In this document: positions 38,201-50,200 of the stretch, in pieces
Position numbering within the stretch: position 1 is the first letter of the stretch
Layout: each line of letters opens with the position of its first letter
Source of the DNA: Macrostomum hystrix
Taxonomy: Eukaryota; Animalia; Platyhelminthes
NCBI GenBank assembly: GCA_950097015.1
Contig: CATNEN010000001.1
Span: forward strand, 6,324,001 to 6,388,000
DNA length: 64,000 bases
Direction of reading: 5' to 3'
Translations under genes and position numbers: made by a program
The notes under the pieces: generated by a model
Database searches by the model: none
What the model saw: the letters and a program-made list of their open reading frames with translations, nothing else
Told to the model about the DNA's origin: nothing

Positions 38201-41200
38201 TGTCTCATCTCTCCCGTGTCTCATCTCTCCCGTGTCTCATCTCTCCCGTGTCTCATCTCTCCCGTGTCTCATCTCTCCCGTGTCTCATCTCTCTTCCGTG
38301 TCTCATCTCTCTCCCGTGTCTCATCTCTCTCCCGTGTCTCATCTCTCCCGAGTCACATCTCTCCCGTGTCTCATCTCTCCCGTGTCTCATCTCTCCCGTA
38401 TCTCATCGCTCCCGTGTCTTATCTCTCTCCCCGTATCTCATCTCTCCCGTGTCTCATCTCTCCCGTGTCTCCATCTCTCCCGTGTCTCATCTCTCCCGTG
38501 TCTCATCTCTCCCGTGTCTCATCTCTCTTCCGTGTCTCATCTCTCTCCCGTGTCTCATCTCTCTCCCGTGTCTCATCTCTCCCGAGTCACATCTCTCCCG
38601 TGTCTCATCTCTCCCGTGTCTCATCTCTCCCGTGTCTCATCTCTCCCGTATCTCATCGCTCCCGTGTCTCATCTCTCTCCCCGTATCTCATCTCTCCCGT
38701 GTCTCATCTCTCCCGTGTCTCATCTCTCCCGTGTCTCATCTCTCCCGTGTCTCATCTCTCCCGTGTCTCATCTCTCCCGTGTCTCATCTCTCCCGTGTCT
38801 CATCTCTCCCGTGTCTCATCTCTCCCGTGTCTCATCTCTCTTCCGTGTCTTATCTCTCTCCCGTGTCTCATCTCTCTCCCGTGTCTCATCTCTCCCGAGT
38901 CACATCTCTCCCGTGTCTCATCTCTCCCGTGTCTCATCTGTCCCGTGTCTCATCTCTCCCGTGTCTCATCTCTCCCGTGTCTCATCTCTCCCGTGTCTCA
39001 TCTCTCCCGTGTCTCATCTCTAGTGTCTCATCTCTCCTGTGTCTCATCTCTCCCGTGTCTCATCTCTAGTGTCTCATCTCTCCCGTGTCTCATCTCTCCC
39101 GTGTCTCATCTCTCTCCCGTGTCTCATCTCTCCCGTATCTCATCGCTCCCGTGTCTCATCTCTCTCCCCGTATCTCATCTCTCCCGTGTCTCATCTCTCC
39201 CGTGTCTCATCTCTCCCGTGTCTCATCTCTCCCGTGTCTCATCTCTCCCGTGTCTCATCTCTCCCGTGTCTCATCTCTCCTGTGTCTCATCTCTCCTGTG
39301 TCTCATCTGTCCCGTGTCTCATCTCTCCCGTGTCTCATCTCTCCCGTGTCTCATCTGTCCCGTGTCTCATCTCTCCCGTGTCTCATCTCTCCTGTGTCTC
39401 ATCTCTCCCGTGTCTCATCTCTCCCGTGTCTCATCTCTCCCGTGTCTCATCTCTCTCCCGTGTCTCATCTCTCCCGTGTCTCATCTCTCCCGTGTCTCAT
39501 CTCTAGTGTCTCATCTCTCCCGTGTCTCATCTCTCTCCCATGTCATATCTCTCCCCGTATCTCATCTCTCCCGAGTCACATCTCTCCCCGTGTCTCACCT
39601 CTCCCGTATCTCATCTCTCCGTATCTCATCGCTCCCGTGTCTCATCTCTCTCCCCGTATCTCATCTCTCCCGTGTCTCATCTCTCCCGTGTCTCATCTCT
39701 CCCGTGTCTCATCTCTCCCGTGTCTCATCTCTCTCCCATGTCATATCTCTCCCCGTGTCTCACCTCTCCCGTATCTCATCTCTCCGTATCTCATCGCTCC
39801 CGTGTCTCATCTCTCTCCCCGTATCTCATCTCTCCCGTGTATCATCTCTAGTGTCTCAAGGGTCTAGCGTCACCAAATGGTGTGCCATTGCCCTCAGCCG
39901 TCCTGCAATTATTGTTACTATAAATTTTTCAGCTGCCGCACTGGCCCAAACTGCTGCTCAGAACACGCCATTCATGATCAAACCGGTGCCATCGCCTCAC
40001 GTCCGCCCAGTCCTGGTGTTCATCAATCCCCGGTCAGGTGGCAATCAGGGCGCCAAGCTGATGCACAAATTTCTTTGGCTACTCAATCCGCGCCAGGTAT
40101 TCGACATGGCCCAGCACGAGCCTTCCTTCGCTTTGGAACTATTTCGCAAGGTGCCAAATCTGCGCATACTGGTCTGCGGCGGCGATGGCACTGTCGGCTG
40201 GGTGCTGTCAACCATCGACCGTCTGGGCATCAACCCCTGCCCGCCTGTGGCCATTCTACCGCTGGGCACCGGCAATGATCTGGCCAGGACTCTCAACTGG
40301 GGCGCCGGCTATACTGACGAGCCACTGTCTAAAATACTGTGCTGCGTGGAGGAGGGTCGAGTTGTACAACTGGATCGGTGTGTGTAATATATACTGCGTT
40401 TAATCAGGGCCTTAATCACGCGTTTGCCTCTGACGCCAAGGTCCCTGAGTCCCTGAGACTATGAGAAAGTCAGGGCAGATGTACACACCTGTGTGAGCGT
40501 GTGTCTGTGTACAGTATCTGTGTGCGTGTGTGCTCAGGAGTCAGCGAAATAGGGCAGAATTGCCTTCTCGCTGGCTGCGGGTCTAGTGTCACCAAAGGAT
40601 GTACCATTTTAGGACTCGCCTTATTATAATCCTCATTAGATGTCACCTATTTCTAATCCTTATTAGATGTCACCTGTTTCTAATCCTTATTAGATGTCAC
40701 CTGTTTCTAATCCTTATTAAATTTCACCTGTTTCTAATCCTTATTAGATTTCACCTGTTACTAATCCTTATTAGATGTCACCTGTTTCTAATCCTTATTA
40801 GATTTCACCTGTTTCTAATCCTTATTAGATTTTACCTGTTTCTAATCCTTATTAGATTTCACCTGTTTCTAATCCTTATTAGATTTCACCTGTTTCTAAT
40901 CCTTATTAGATGTCACCTGTTTCTAATCCTTATTAGATTTCACCTGTTTCTAATCCTTATTAGATGTCACCTGTTTCTAATCCTTATTAAATTTCACCTG
41001 TTTCTAATCCTTATTAGATTTCACCTGTTACTAATCCTTATTAGATGTCACCTGTTTCTAATCCTTATTAGATTTCACCTGTTTCTAATCCTTATTAGAT
41101 GTCACCTGTTTCTAATCCTTATTAGGTCTCGCCTCATTATAATTATCATTAACATCTCACCTCATTCTAATCCCTATTAGGTCTCACCTGATTAGATCTC

Positions 41201-44200
41201 ACACCTGAAATTATCATTCTTTAGTTTGGTGTCGCCTATTATTTCCGTCTCTGATAAAGCAGAAAATGTATTTTTTTTTGTAAATCTGTAACACTTGACG
41301 TCGCTTTTACCTTCAGCTGGAACATCACGGTGGAACCCAATCTGGACTGCCAGCAGGAGCCGGATCCTACAGAACGCAGCACTTGCAGGCCCTATCTAAG
41401 CGTGTTCAACAATTACTTCAGCTTGGGAGCTGACGCTGCTGTTGCTCTGGAGTTTCACGAATCTCGCGGTAATTTTGCATTGATTTTGCATATTTCAAAT
41501 TCAATTTTCTTAAGACAACTTTTTGGCGATGGATTTTAACGGACGTTGAAGTAACGAGTAACGATTAAAAAAACCGACTTACTCATATGTACAGAATCGA
41601 ATAAGCCGAAGTTAAAAGAACTAAGGCAGTTTTTGTTTTAAAAGAAATTAACGAAATGCCACCCCTAGCAGCAGACAGGCACAATTTGTCGCACTGACCT
41701 CATATATGCTTCAGAGGTTTGTCCTAAATGTATCCCGCAATCCGTATTTATTTATTTACAACCTTCAACTGGCCCAGTCTGGGCTTAGCATTCCTTTTTC
41801 AGCCTCTTCTACCTTTCTGCCCTTTAAAATCGGCTTTCCAATCATTCGCATTGTCAACAGAAGAAATTTCTCTGCACTTTTCTACTTCAAAAACAATACG
41901 CCGAACGTGAACGCGTTGAACAAACGGTCCCGAGTTCGAATCCGCATTCTTAGAACCATTCATAGATTTTTTTTGTTTTATTTTTCAGAAGCAAATCCGG
42001 AACGCTTCAACAGTCGCCTCAGGAATATAATGTTCTACGCTGGAGTGAGTTTCTACCTTTCACTCGTTTTTTAATTCGTTACAGTTAAAATATTACTTGT
42101 TGGATTTTTATATTATCTCTCAGTCTATCGCAAGTAAGATAAAGTACATTCTTGTCACGCCATCTAGATTCAAATATTTCGTAATTTATATTTAACTTCT
42201 TGCTTTCAGGGTGTCTGAGTGGCTGTGTACATTGGGTGTCTGAGTGGCTGTGTACAGTGTGTGTGTGTGTCTGAGTGGCTGTGTACATTGTGTCTGAGTG
42301 GCTGTGTACATTGTGTCTGAGTGGCTGTGTACATTGTGTGTCTGAGTGGCTGTGTACATTGTGTCTGAGTAGCTGTGTACATTGTGTGTCTGAGTGGCTG
42401 TGTACATTGGGTGTCTGAGTGGCTGTGTACATTGTGTCTGAGTGGCTGTGTACATTGTGTCTGAGTGGCTGTGTACATTGTGTGTCTGAGTGGCTGTGTA
42501 CATTGTGTCTGAGTGGCTGTGTACATTGTGTGTCTGAGTGGCTGTGTACATTGTGTGTCTGAGTGGCTGTGTACATTGGGTGTCTGAATGGCTGTGTACA
42601 TTGTGTGTACATTGGGTGTCTGAGTGGCTGTGTACATTGTGTGTCTGAGTGGCTGTGTACATTGGGTGTCTGAGTGGCTGTGTACATTGTGTGTCTGAGT
42701 GGCTGTGTACATTGTGTGTCTGAGTGGCTGTGTACATTGTGTGTCTGAGTGGCTGTGTACATTGTGTGTCTGAGTGGCTGTGTACATTGTGTGTCTGAGT
42801 GGCTGTGTACATTGTGTGTCTGAGTGGCTGTGTACATTGTGTGTCTTAGTGGCTGTGTACATTGGGTGTCTGAGTGGCTGTGTACATTGTGTGTCTGAGT
42901 GGCTGTGTACATTGGGTGTCTGAGTGGCTGTGTACATTGTTTCTGAGTGGCTGTGTACATTGTGTGTCTGAGTGGCTGTGTACATTGGGTGTCTGAGTGG
43001 CTGTGTACATTGGGTGTATGAGTGGCTGTGTACATTGTGTGTCTGAGTGGCTGTGTACATTGGGTGTCTGAATGGCTGTGTTCATTGTGTGTCTGAGTGG
43101 CTGTGTACATTGGGTGTCTGAGTGGCTGTGTACATTGTGTCTGAGTGGCTGTGTACATTGTGTGTCTGAGTGGCTGTGTACATTGTGTGTCTGAGTGGCT
43201 GTGTACATTGGGTGTCTTAGTGGCTGTGTACATTGTGTGTCTGAGTGGCTGTGTACATTGTGTGTCTGAGTGGCTGTGTACATTGTGTGTCTGAGTGGCT
43301 GTGTACATTGTGTGTCTGAGTGGCTGTGTACATTGTGTGTCTGAGTGGCTGTGTACATTGTGTGTCTGAGTGGCTGTGTACATTGTGTGTCTTAGTGGCT
43401 GTGTACATTGGGTGTCTGAGTGGCTGTGTACATTGTGTGTCTGAGTGGCTGTGTACATTGGGTGTCTGAGTGGCTGTGTACATTGTTTCTGAGTGGCTGT
43501 GTACATTGTGTGTCTGAGTGGCTGTGTACATTGTGTGTCTGAGTGGCTGTGTACATTGGGTGTCTGAGTGGCTGTGTACATTGGGTGTCTGAGTGGCTGT
43601 GTACATTGGGTGTCTGAGTGGCTGTGTACATTGTGTGTCTGAGTGGCTGTGTACAGTGTTTGTGTGTCTGAGTGGCTGTGTACATTGGGTGTCTGAGTGG
43701 CTGTGTATTAAGAAAGTCTTATTTAAGAATAGCAGACTCAGCGTTTATTTAGAACGGATTTAGAGAAGGATAAAGGGGTGAGACAATTAGGTAGCTCTGG
43801 CGTAGCTCAACAGAAGTTACAGGTACAGTTTGGAAATTTAGCAATCTACCATAGATATAAAGCTTACTTAGATTCTAGAAAATTCTAGAAGGAAAACTTT
43901 AGGATTTACTTACTATTAATAGATGCAGCTATTTTTAAGATAAACGATTACATATTAACACTCCCACTTAATGTTTAGATTAAAAATTCTAATGCCAAAC
44001 ATACTTTTAATAAAGAGTTAGATGTCAGATCTGGAAGCAGTTATCAGTTCAGTCTGAAATACTCGTATTAACGAACGGGAATTAGTTCTTTAAGTAATTG
44101 AAACTTGGCATTCGACAGTGCTTTTGTAAGAATGTCAGCAACCATTTCTTCAGACGGACAGTAAACTAGTCGTAAAGTTCCACTGACTAACTTCTCACGC

Positions 44201-47200
44201 ACGAAATGGTGACGGATATCAATGTGCTTGGAACGACTGTGGTAGACAGGATTTTTCGCTAGAGCAATACAGCCTTGATTGTCTTCTAGGATAGTGGCAC
44301 ATCTGACAGTTTCTATGCGAAGATCCCGTAGTAATTGTTGTAACCAAGTGGCTTCCTGAGTAGCAGCTGAGAGAGCCATGTACTCCGCCTCCGTTGTCGA
44401 TAAGGCTACAGTTTGTTGCTTTTTGCTGCTCCAGCTAATCGGACATTCAGCCAACTTGAAGATGTGTCCTGTAGTAGAACGACGGTCATTTTGATCTCCA
44501 GCCCAGTCTGCATCGGAATAGCCAATTAGGTCAATTTCGCGCGAGTCCTTCTGAAAAACTAATCCAGATGAAATCGTTCCTTTTAGGTACCTTAGGACAC
44601 GCTTCACTCCACTCCAATGCTGTTCAGTTGGGTCTGAGCAGTAACGCGCGAGAACTCCCACTGCAGCTGAAATATCTGGTCGTGTAGCTAATGCTGCATA
44701 GCTTAGACTTCCTACTGCGGCCTGATACATAGTTTTGTCCACCTTAGCATCGCAGTCTTGTGCAGTGTAGAACTTGACACTTGTATCCATTGGTGTTGAT
44801 ACCGGTTTACAGTTAATCATGTTGAATTTTGATAGGACACTATTTAAATAGCGTTCTTGGTTCAGAAACAAAGAGCCATTATTCCACGTAGCTTGAACTC
44901 CAAGAAAGTAGTGAAATTCGCCTAAGTCTTTCATTTTAAATTTCGATTGCAGTTCTTGCTTCAACACAAACATGTAATCATCAGAAGCGGTTAGCAAAAT
45001 GTCGTCCACGTACACACCGATCGCAGATTGAGAGTTAGCATAAATGCATGGTTCTGACTTTGCCTGCGTGAGGTTAAGACTTAAGAGTTCATCATGGAGC
45101 GTTTGATTCCAACATCGAGGTGCCTGTTTTAGTCCGTATAGACTTCTTTCAAGTTTGCATACTAGCGTTTCCTTGCCTTCAACCACAAATCCTTCCGGTT
45201 GTTCCATATAGATTTCCTCGTCTAGTTTGCCGTTTAGAAATGCTGTTACGACATCCATCTGGTGAATTTTCCAATCTCGTTGAATTCCAAGAGCTAGTAG
45301 AGTTCTGATTGATGTAAATCGAGCTACTGGTGCGTAAGTCTCCTCATAATCTACACCATGTTCTTGAGAGTATCCTTTAACAACCAATCTTGCTTTAAAT
45401 CTATCTACTAAGTTGTCTGACTTGTACTTGACACGAAATACCCATTTACAGCCAATAGTTTGACGTCCTTTAGGTAGTTCAACCAGTTTCCAGGTCTTGT
45501 TCTCCATCAGTGACTCATACTCGGCGTTTGCAGCCTCTTGCCAGTCTCTAGAAAAAGAGCTGTCCAATGCTTCCTTCAGAGTTTTTGGTTCTTCAATTTG
45601 TGTTGCCACAGATGCTACGTAACGGTCAACGGGCTTCTTATCTCGAGTTGATCTCCGAACTTCTTGTTTGTCGACATTTCCAGAAACACATTTGAAATCA
45701 GACGCTGCAGCTTCCGTATCTGCATTCAGTTGAAGTCTCTCCTGCTTCTCCGATACTTGTTTAACGAAGCACGACTCTTTGAACGTTACATCTCGACTAA
45801 CGAACACGGTTTGTGTTTGGAAATCAAAACAGCGGTATCCTTTGGAAGTTTCCGAGTATCCAATAAATCTGACTTCCCGAGCTTTGGAGTCAAATTTGTG
45901 ACGCCTTTCAGCCGGGACATGGGCGTAGGCAACGCATCCAAATACTCGCAAATGCTGAACATTCGGCTTTTTACCAGTCCAAATCTGATATGGTATAGCT
46001 TTGTTGATTGCACTCGTTGATGACCGATTACGCAAATATGTTGCTGTAGAGATAGCTTCTGCCCAGAATTCTTTGCCAATATGAGCATGTGCAATCATTT
46101 TTCTTGCTGCCTCCACCAAGGTTCTGTTCATTCTCTCAGCTACTCCATTCTGCTCAGGAGAATGTGGGACTGTAGTTTGGTGAATGATTCCGTTTTTGAC
46201 ACAGAACTTTTCAAATTCTCTTGATGTATACTCTCCACCATTGTCTGTCCGTAGAATCTTGATAGACTTGCCTGTTTGATTCGTAACGAAAGCCTGAAAA
46301 TTCTTGAATTTTTCAAAAACTTCTGACTTGTTTTTCATAAAGTAAACTGAGCAATAGCGCGAGTAATCATCAATAAATGTGACAAAGTACTTCGATCCTC
46401 CAATGGATGTAGTTTGCATTGGACCACACACGTCACTGTGAATTAGACCCAATAGTTCGCTTGACCTTGACGCTACACCCTTGGTAAATGGCGTTCTATG
46501 TAGTTTTCCTTCTATACATGCCGTGCAGAAACTGATGCTTCCAACTTTTGCGTCAATGCCGTCAACTTGCTTTTTATGAATTAGAGATTTTAGATCTTGC
46601 TCTCCTAGGTGACCATATCGCTGATGCCATAAATCTAAACTGTTGGTTTTCGCGATTGTTGCTGATTCAGTAGTAACAGAAATACCTTTGAGTTTGTACA
46701 ATCTCCCAACTTTCAAAGCTTCTCCAGCAACTGTGCCTTTATTATCTACAATCTGACACTTGTCATCGCTAAACTTGACACTGAACCCTTTTCTGGTGAC
46801 AGCGGATACTGAAAACAGGTTTTGCTCCATGAGTGGGACGTACAGAACATCAGTCAACTTACACAATTTCATTTCAGAGCCGACGCTGATGTGCATCCTG
46901 ATAATACCTTTTCCTGTAGCATTTAGTTTGTGACCATCTGCTAACGAAATTTTCTCTTCCACTGGCAATTTCTGGAAATCCACAAAATTCGTACGATCAT
47001 TGGTCATGTGATTAGTTGCGCCTGAGTCCACAATCCAAGTAGTACTGATTGACTCCTTTGATGCGCCCAAAGACACTGCCGAAAATGCAGAATCTTCACC
47101 CGAAGCATTGCTATCTTCTTTCCCTACGCTTTCTGGAAAGTCTGCAATCTTAGCCTGATGTTTCCGCCGATTTCTATTAAACTCTTGTGGTCTTGAACTT

Positions 47201-50200
47201 GTGCTAGTCGCACCTGTTACTGAGAGGCTGTTCTTATATTTGTAGCATTGCTTCTTTACGTGACCAGGCTTATTACAGAAAAAGCATACTTTCGGTCTGA
47301 CACTCTGGTGCTGTTGCTTATTAAATCCAACCAGAGCCTTCGAGTTGCTGCTAGATCCACAGCTTTCCTGCTCAAGTCGTTTTGACTCCTCGTGCAAAAG
47401 CCGTTCGTGTACGAATTCCATCGTCAGGTCGTCCGCCCGCGATTCCAGAGCTGTAATCAACCCGTCATAAGACTTCGGCAAACTATTTAGCAAAATTGTG
47501 ACTTGATAGTCTTCGGGAACACCTGCCCCGATAGCCGACAATCGTTTGACGATATCCTTGAGCTGATTAATATGCTCCTGCATGGATGCACCTTCCTCCA
47601 TCTTGAGCGCCTGTAGTTTCCGATTTAGGAATAATTTATTTGCCAATGTACTTCGCTCGAAATGTGTTTTAAGCTTATTCCAGGCTTCCTTTGGAGTTTC
47701 TGCATCCTCAATGAGATGAATTTGACTATCTGCAACAGCCAATACGATAGTTGCTAGGGCTTTATTCGCACGCCGATTGAAATGAACTTTGACCTCGTTG
47801 GTCGCGTCCTCAGCAAGTGTCTCGGTACCATTAACAACTTCCCAAAGTTCTCGCTCCATCAGAACGTTCTTCATCTTGAACTTCCAGATATTGTAGTTGG
47901 AACTATCCAACTTCTCAACCAGTAGCTTGGCATCGAAGGACATAGTGTCGATCCACCAACACAGCTGGTTGTTGAGCTGAACTTTCTAAGAGACGGTAGA
48001 TGAGAACAATCACGCCGACTGACGCACTGCCACTAGAGCAGCTTTAGTGCTCAAACTGCAGCAGATCGCAGTGGAAGGGCGCAGGGCCCATAACCTATTA
48101 AGAAAGTCTTATTTAAGAATAGCAGACTCAGCGTTTATTTAGAACGGATTTAGAGAAGGATAAAGGGGTGAGACAATTAGGTAGCTCTGGCGTAGCTCAA
48201 CAGAAGTTACAGGTACAGTTTGGAAATTTAGCAATCTACCATAGATATAAAGCTTACTTAGATTCTAGAAAATTCTAGAAGGAAAACTTTAGGATTTACT
48301 TACTATTAATAGATGCAGCTATTTTTAAGATAAACGATTACATATTAACACTGTGTACATTGTGTGTCTGAGTGGCTGTGCACATTGTGTGTCTGAGTGG
48401 CTGTACACATTGTGTGCTTAGTGGCTGTGTACATTGTGTGTCTGAGTGGCTGTGCACATTGTGTGTCTGAGTGGCTGTGTACATTGTGTGTCTGAGTGGC
48501 TGTGTACATTGGGTGTCTGAGTGGCTGTGTACATTGGGTGTCTGAGTGGCTGTGTACATTGTGTGTCTGAGTGGCTGTGTACAGTGTGTGTCTGAGTGGC
48601 TGTGTACATTGTGTGTCTGAGGGGCTGTGTACATTGTGTGTCTGAGTGGCTGTGTACTGTGTGTGTGTCTGAGTGGCTGTGTACATTGTGTGTCTGAGTG
48701 GCTGTGTACATTGTGTGTCTGAGTGGCTGTGTACATTGGGTGTCTGAGTGGCTGTGTACATTGGGTGTCTGAGTGGCTGTGTACATTGGGTGTCTGAGTG
48801 GCTGTGTACAGTGTTTGTGTGTCTGAGTGGCTGTGTACATTGGGTGTCTGAGTGGCTGTGTACATTGTGTGTCTGAGTGGCTGTGTACATTGGGTGTCTG
48901 AGTGGCTGTGTACATTGTGTGTCTGAGTGGCTGTGTACAGTGTGTGTGTGTCTGAGTGGCTGTGTACATTGGGTGTCTGAGTGGCTGTGTACATTGGGTG
49001 TATGAGTGGCTGTGTACATTGTGTGTCTGAGTGGCTGTGTACATTGGGTGTCTGAATGGCTGTGTACATTGTGTGTCTGAGTGGCTGTGTACATTGGGTG
49101 TCTGAGTGGCTGTGTACATTGGGTGTCTGAGTGGCTGTGTACATTGTGTCTGAGTGGCTGTGTACATTGTGTCTGAGTGGCTGTGTACATTGTGTGTCTG
49201 AGTGGCTGTGTACATTGTGTGTCTGAGTGGCTGTGTACATTGTGTGTCTGAGTGGCTGTGTACATTGTGTGTCTGAATGGCTGTGTACATTGTGTGTCTG
49301 AGTGGCTGTGTACATTGTGTGTCTGAGTGGCTGTGTACATTGTGTGTCTGAGTGGCTGTGTACTGTGTGTGTGTCTGAGTGGCTGTGTATAGTGTGTAAT
49401 TTAGCGGCTGTGAACAGCGTGTTTAAATGTCTCTTTTCGGTGTGTTTTACAGTCTGATTACAGTTTTACAGTCTGATTGCAGTGTGTTCAAAAGTTAGTT
49501 TACTGTGTGCGCATATTGATTGTTAATTGCGATTTTTAAGGCTTGTTTTTCTGTCTATTTGAACTAGATTTCCTAGAAATGCATTGCCTGCATACATTGT
49601 GACTAGCTCTCTGATTTCAAACATCAACAGGAAGGTTCGCGGTCAATCATTCGTCGGCCTTGGCGAGAACTAAGTCAAGTTGTTGTTCTCGAGGTGAGTT
49701 GTGTTCTCTTAGTTTTTTATAAGTAGGCGTTGATCTAGGATTTCATTCATAGTTAGGCAAAATTGGATGCACAAAAGGCCTCATTAAAGTAAAAAGAGTA
49801 TATCTTCTTTTAATTGTAATGATTTCCTTTCGCATTGTGCCTTTGAATTCAATGCAAAACTTGAGTTTAATTGGCTTTTGTAACTCACATTAATATATTT
49901 CATTTCCTTTCTGTCGACGCAGTTAATGCCTTAATTAATCACGCATATTTCATAATAGATGGGTCACATTGTTACGGTTTTAATTGGCTAGCGATTGGCG
50001 ATTTTAATTTGTCTTTTAATTAAGGGCAGCCTTTTTAATAAGCTCGTTATAAAATGATGCGATGAAAATTTATTGCACGCAATCTTACCTGACTTAATGC
50101 ACTTTTATTGTCATTTCTTGTGCCTTAATTAATCAGGGTTGTTCGTTTATGTTTGCCTGGTTTAGGAAATTATTAAAGTTGCCTTGACTTGCTCCTTAAC

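Larger units (their letters stand above)
43706..48350 (-). mobile_element. Full-length Ty1/copia LTR retrotransposon (4645 bp), antisense in a DGK intron
   Basis: Two identical 255-bp LTRs, 5-bp TSD CTGTG (43701-43705 and 48351-48355), PBS, PPT and a single intact gag-pol ORF. Confidence 0.98.
42209..49390. repeat. 25-bp minisatellite (GTGTCTGAGTGGCTGTGTACATTGK) split by the copia element (42209-43705 and 48351-49390)
   Basis: Tandem on both sides of the insertion. Confidence 0.97.

Noticed and set aside
37148-40387. 1079-aa ORF apparently fusing a repeat protein to the DGK catalytic domain
   Set aside because: It starts at a non-ATG codon in a SINE and crosses a stop-poor 16-bp array; the real exon begins at the 39933 acceptor in phase with the 37012 donor.
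42085-49340. His/Thr/Gln-rich ORFs flanking the copia element
   Set aside because: Translations of the 25-bp minisatellite in all three frames.
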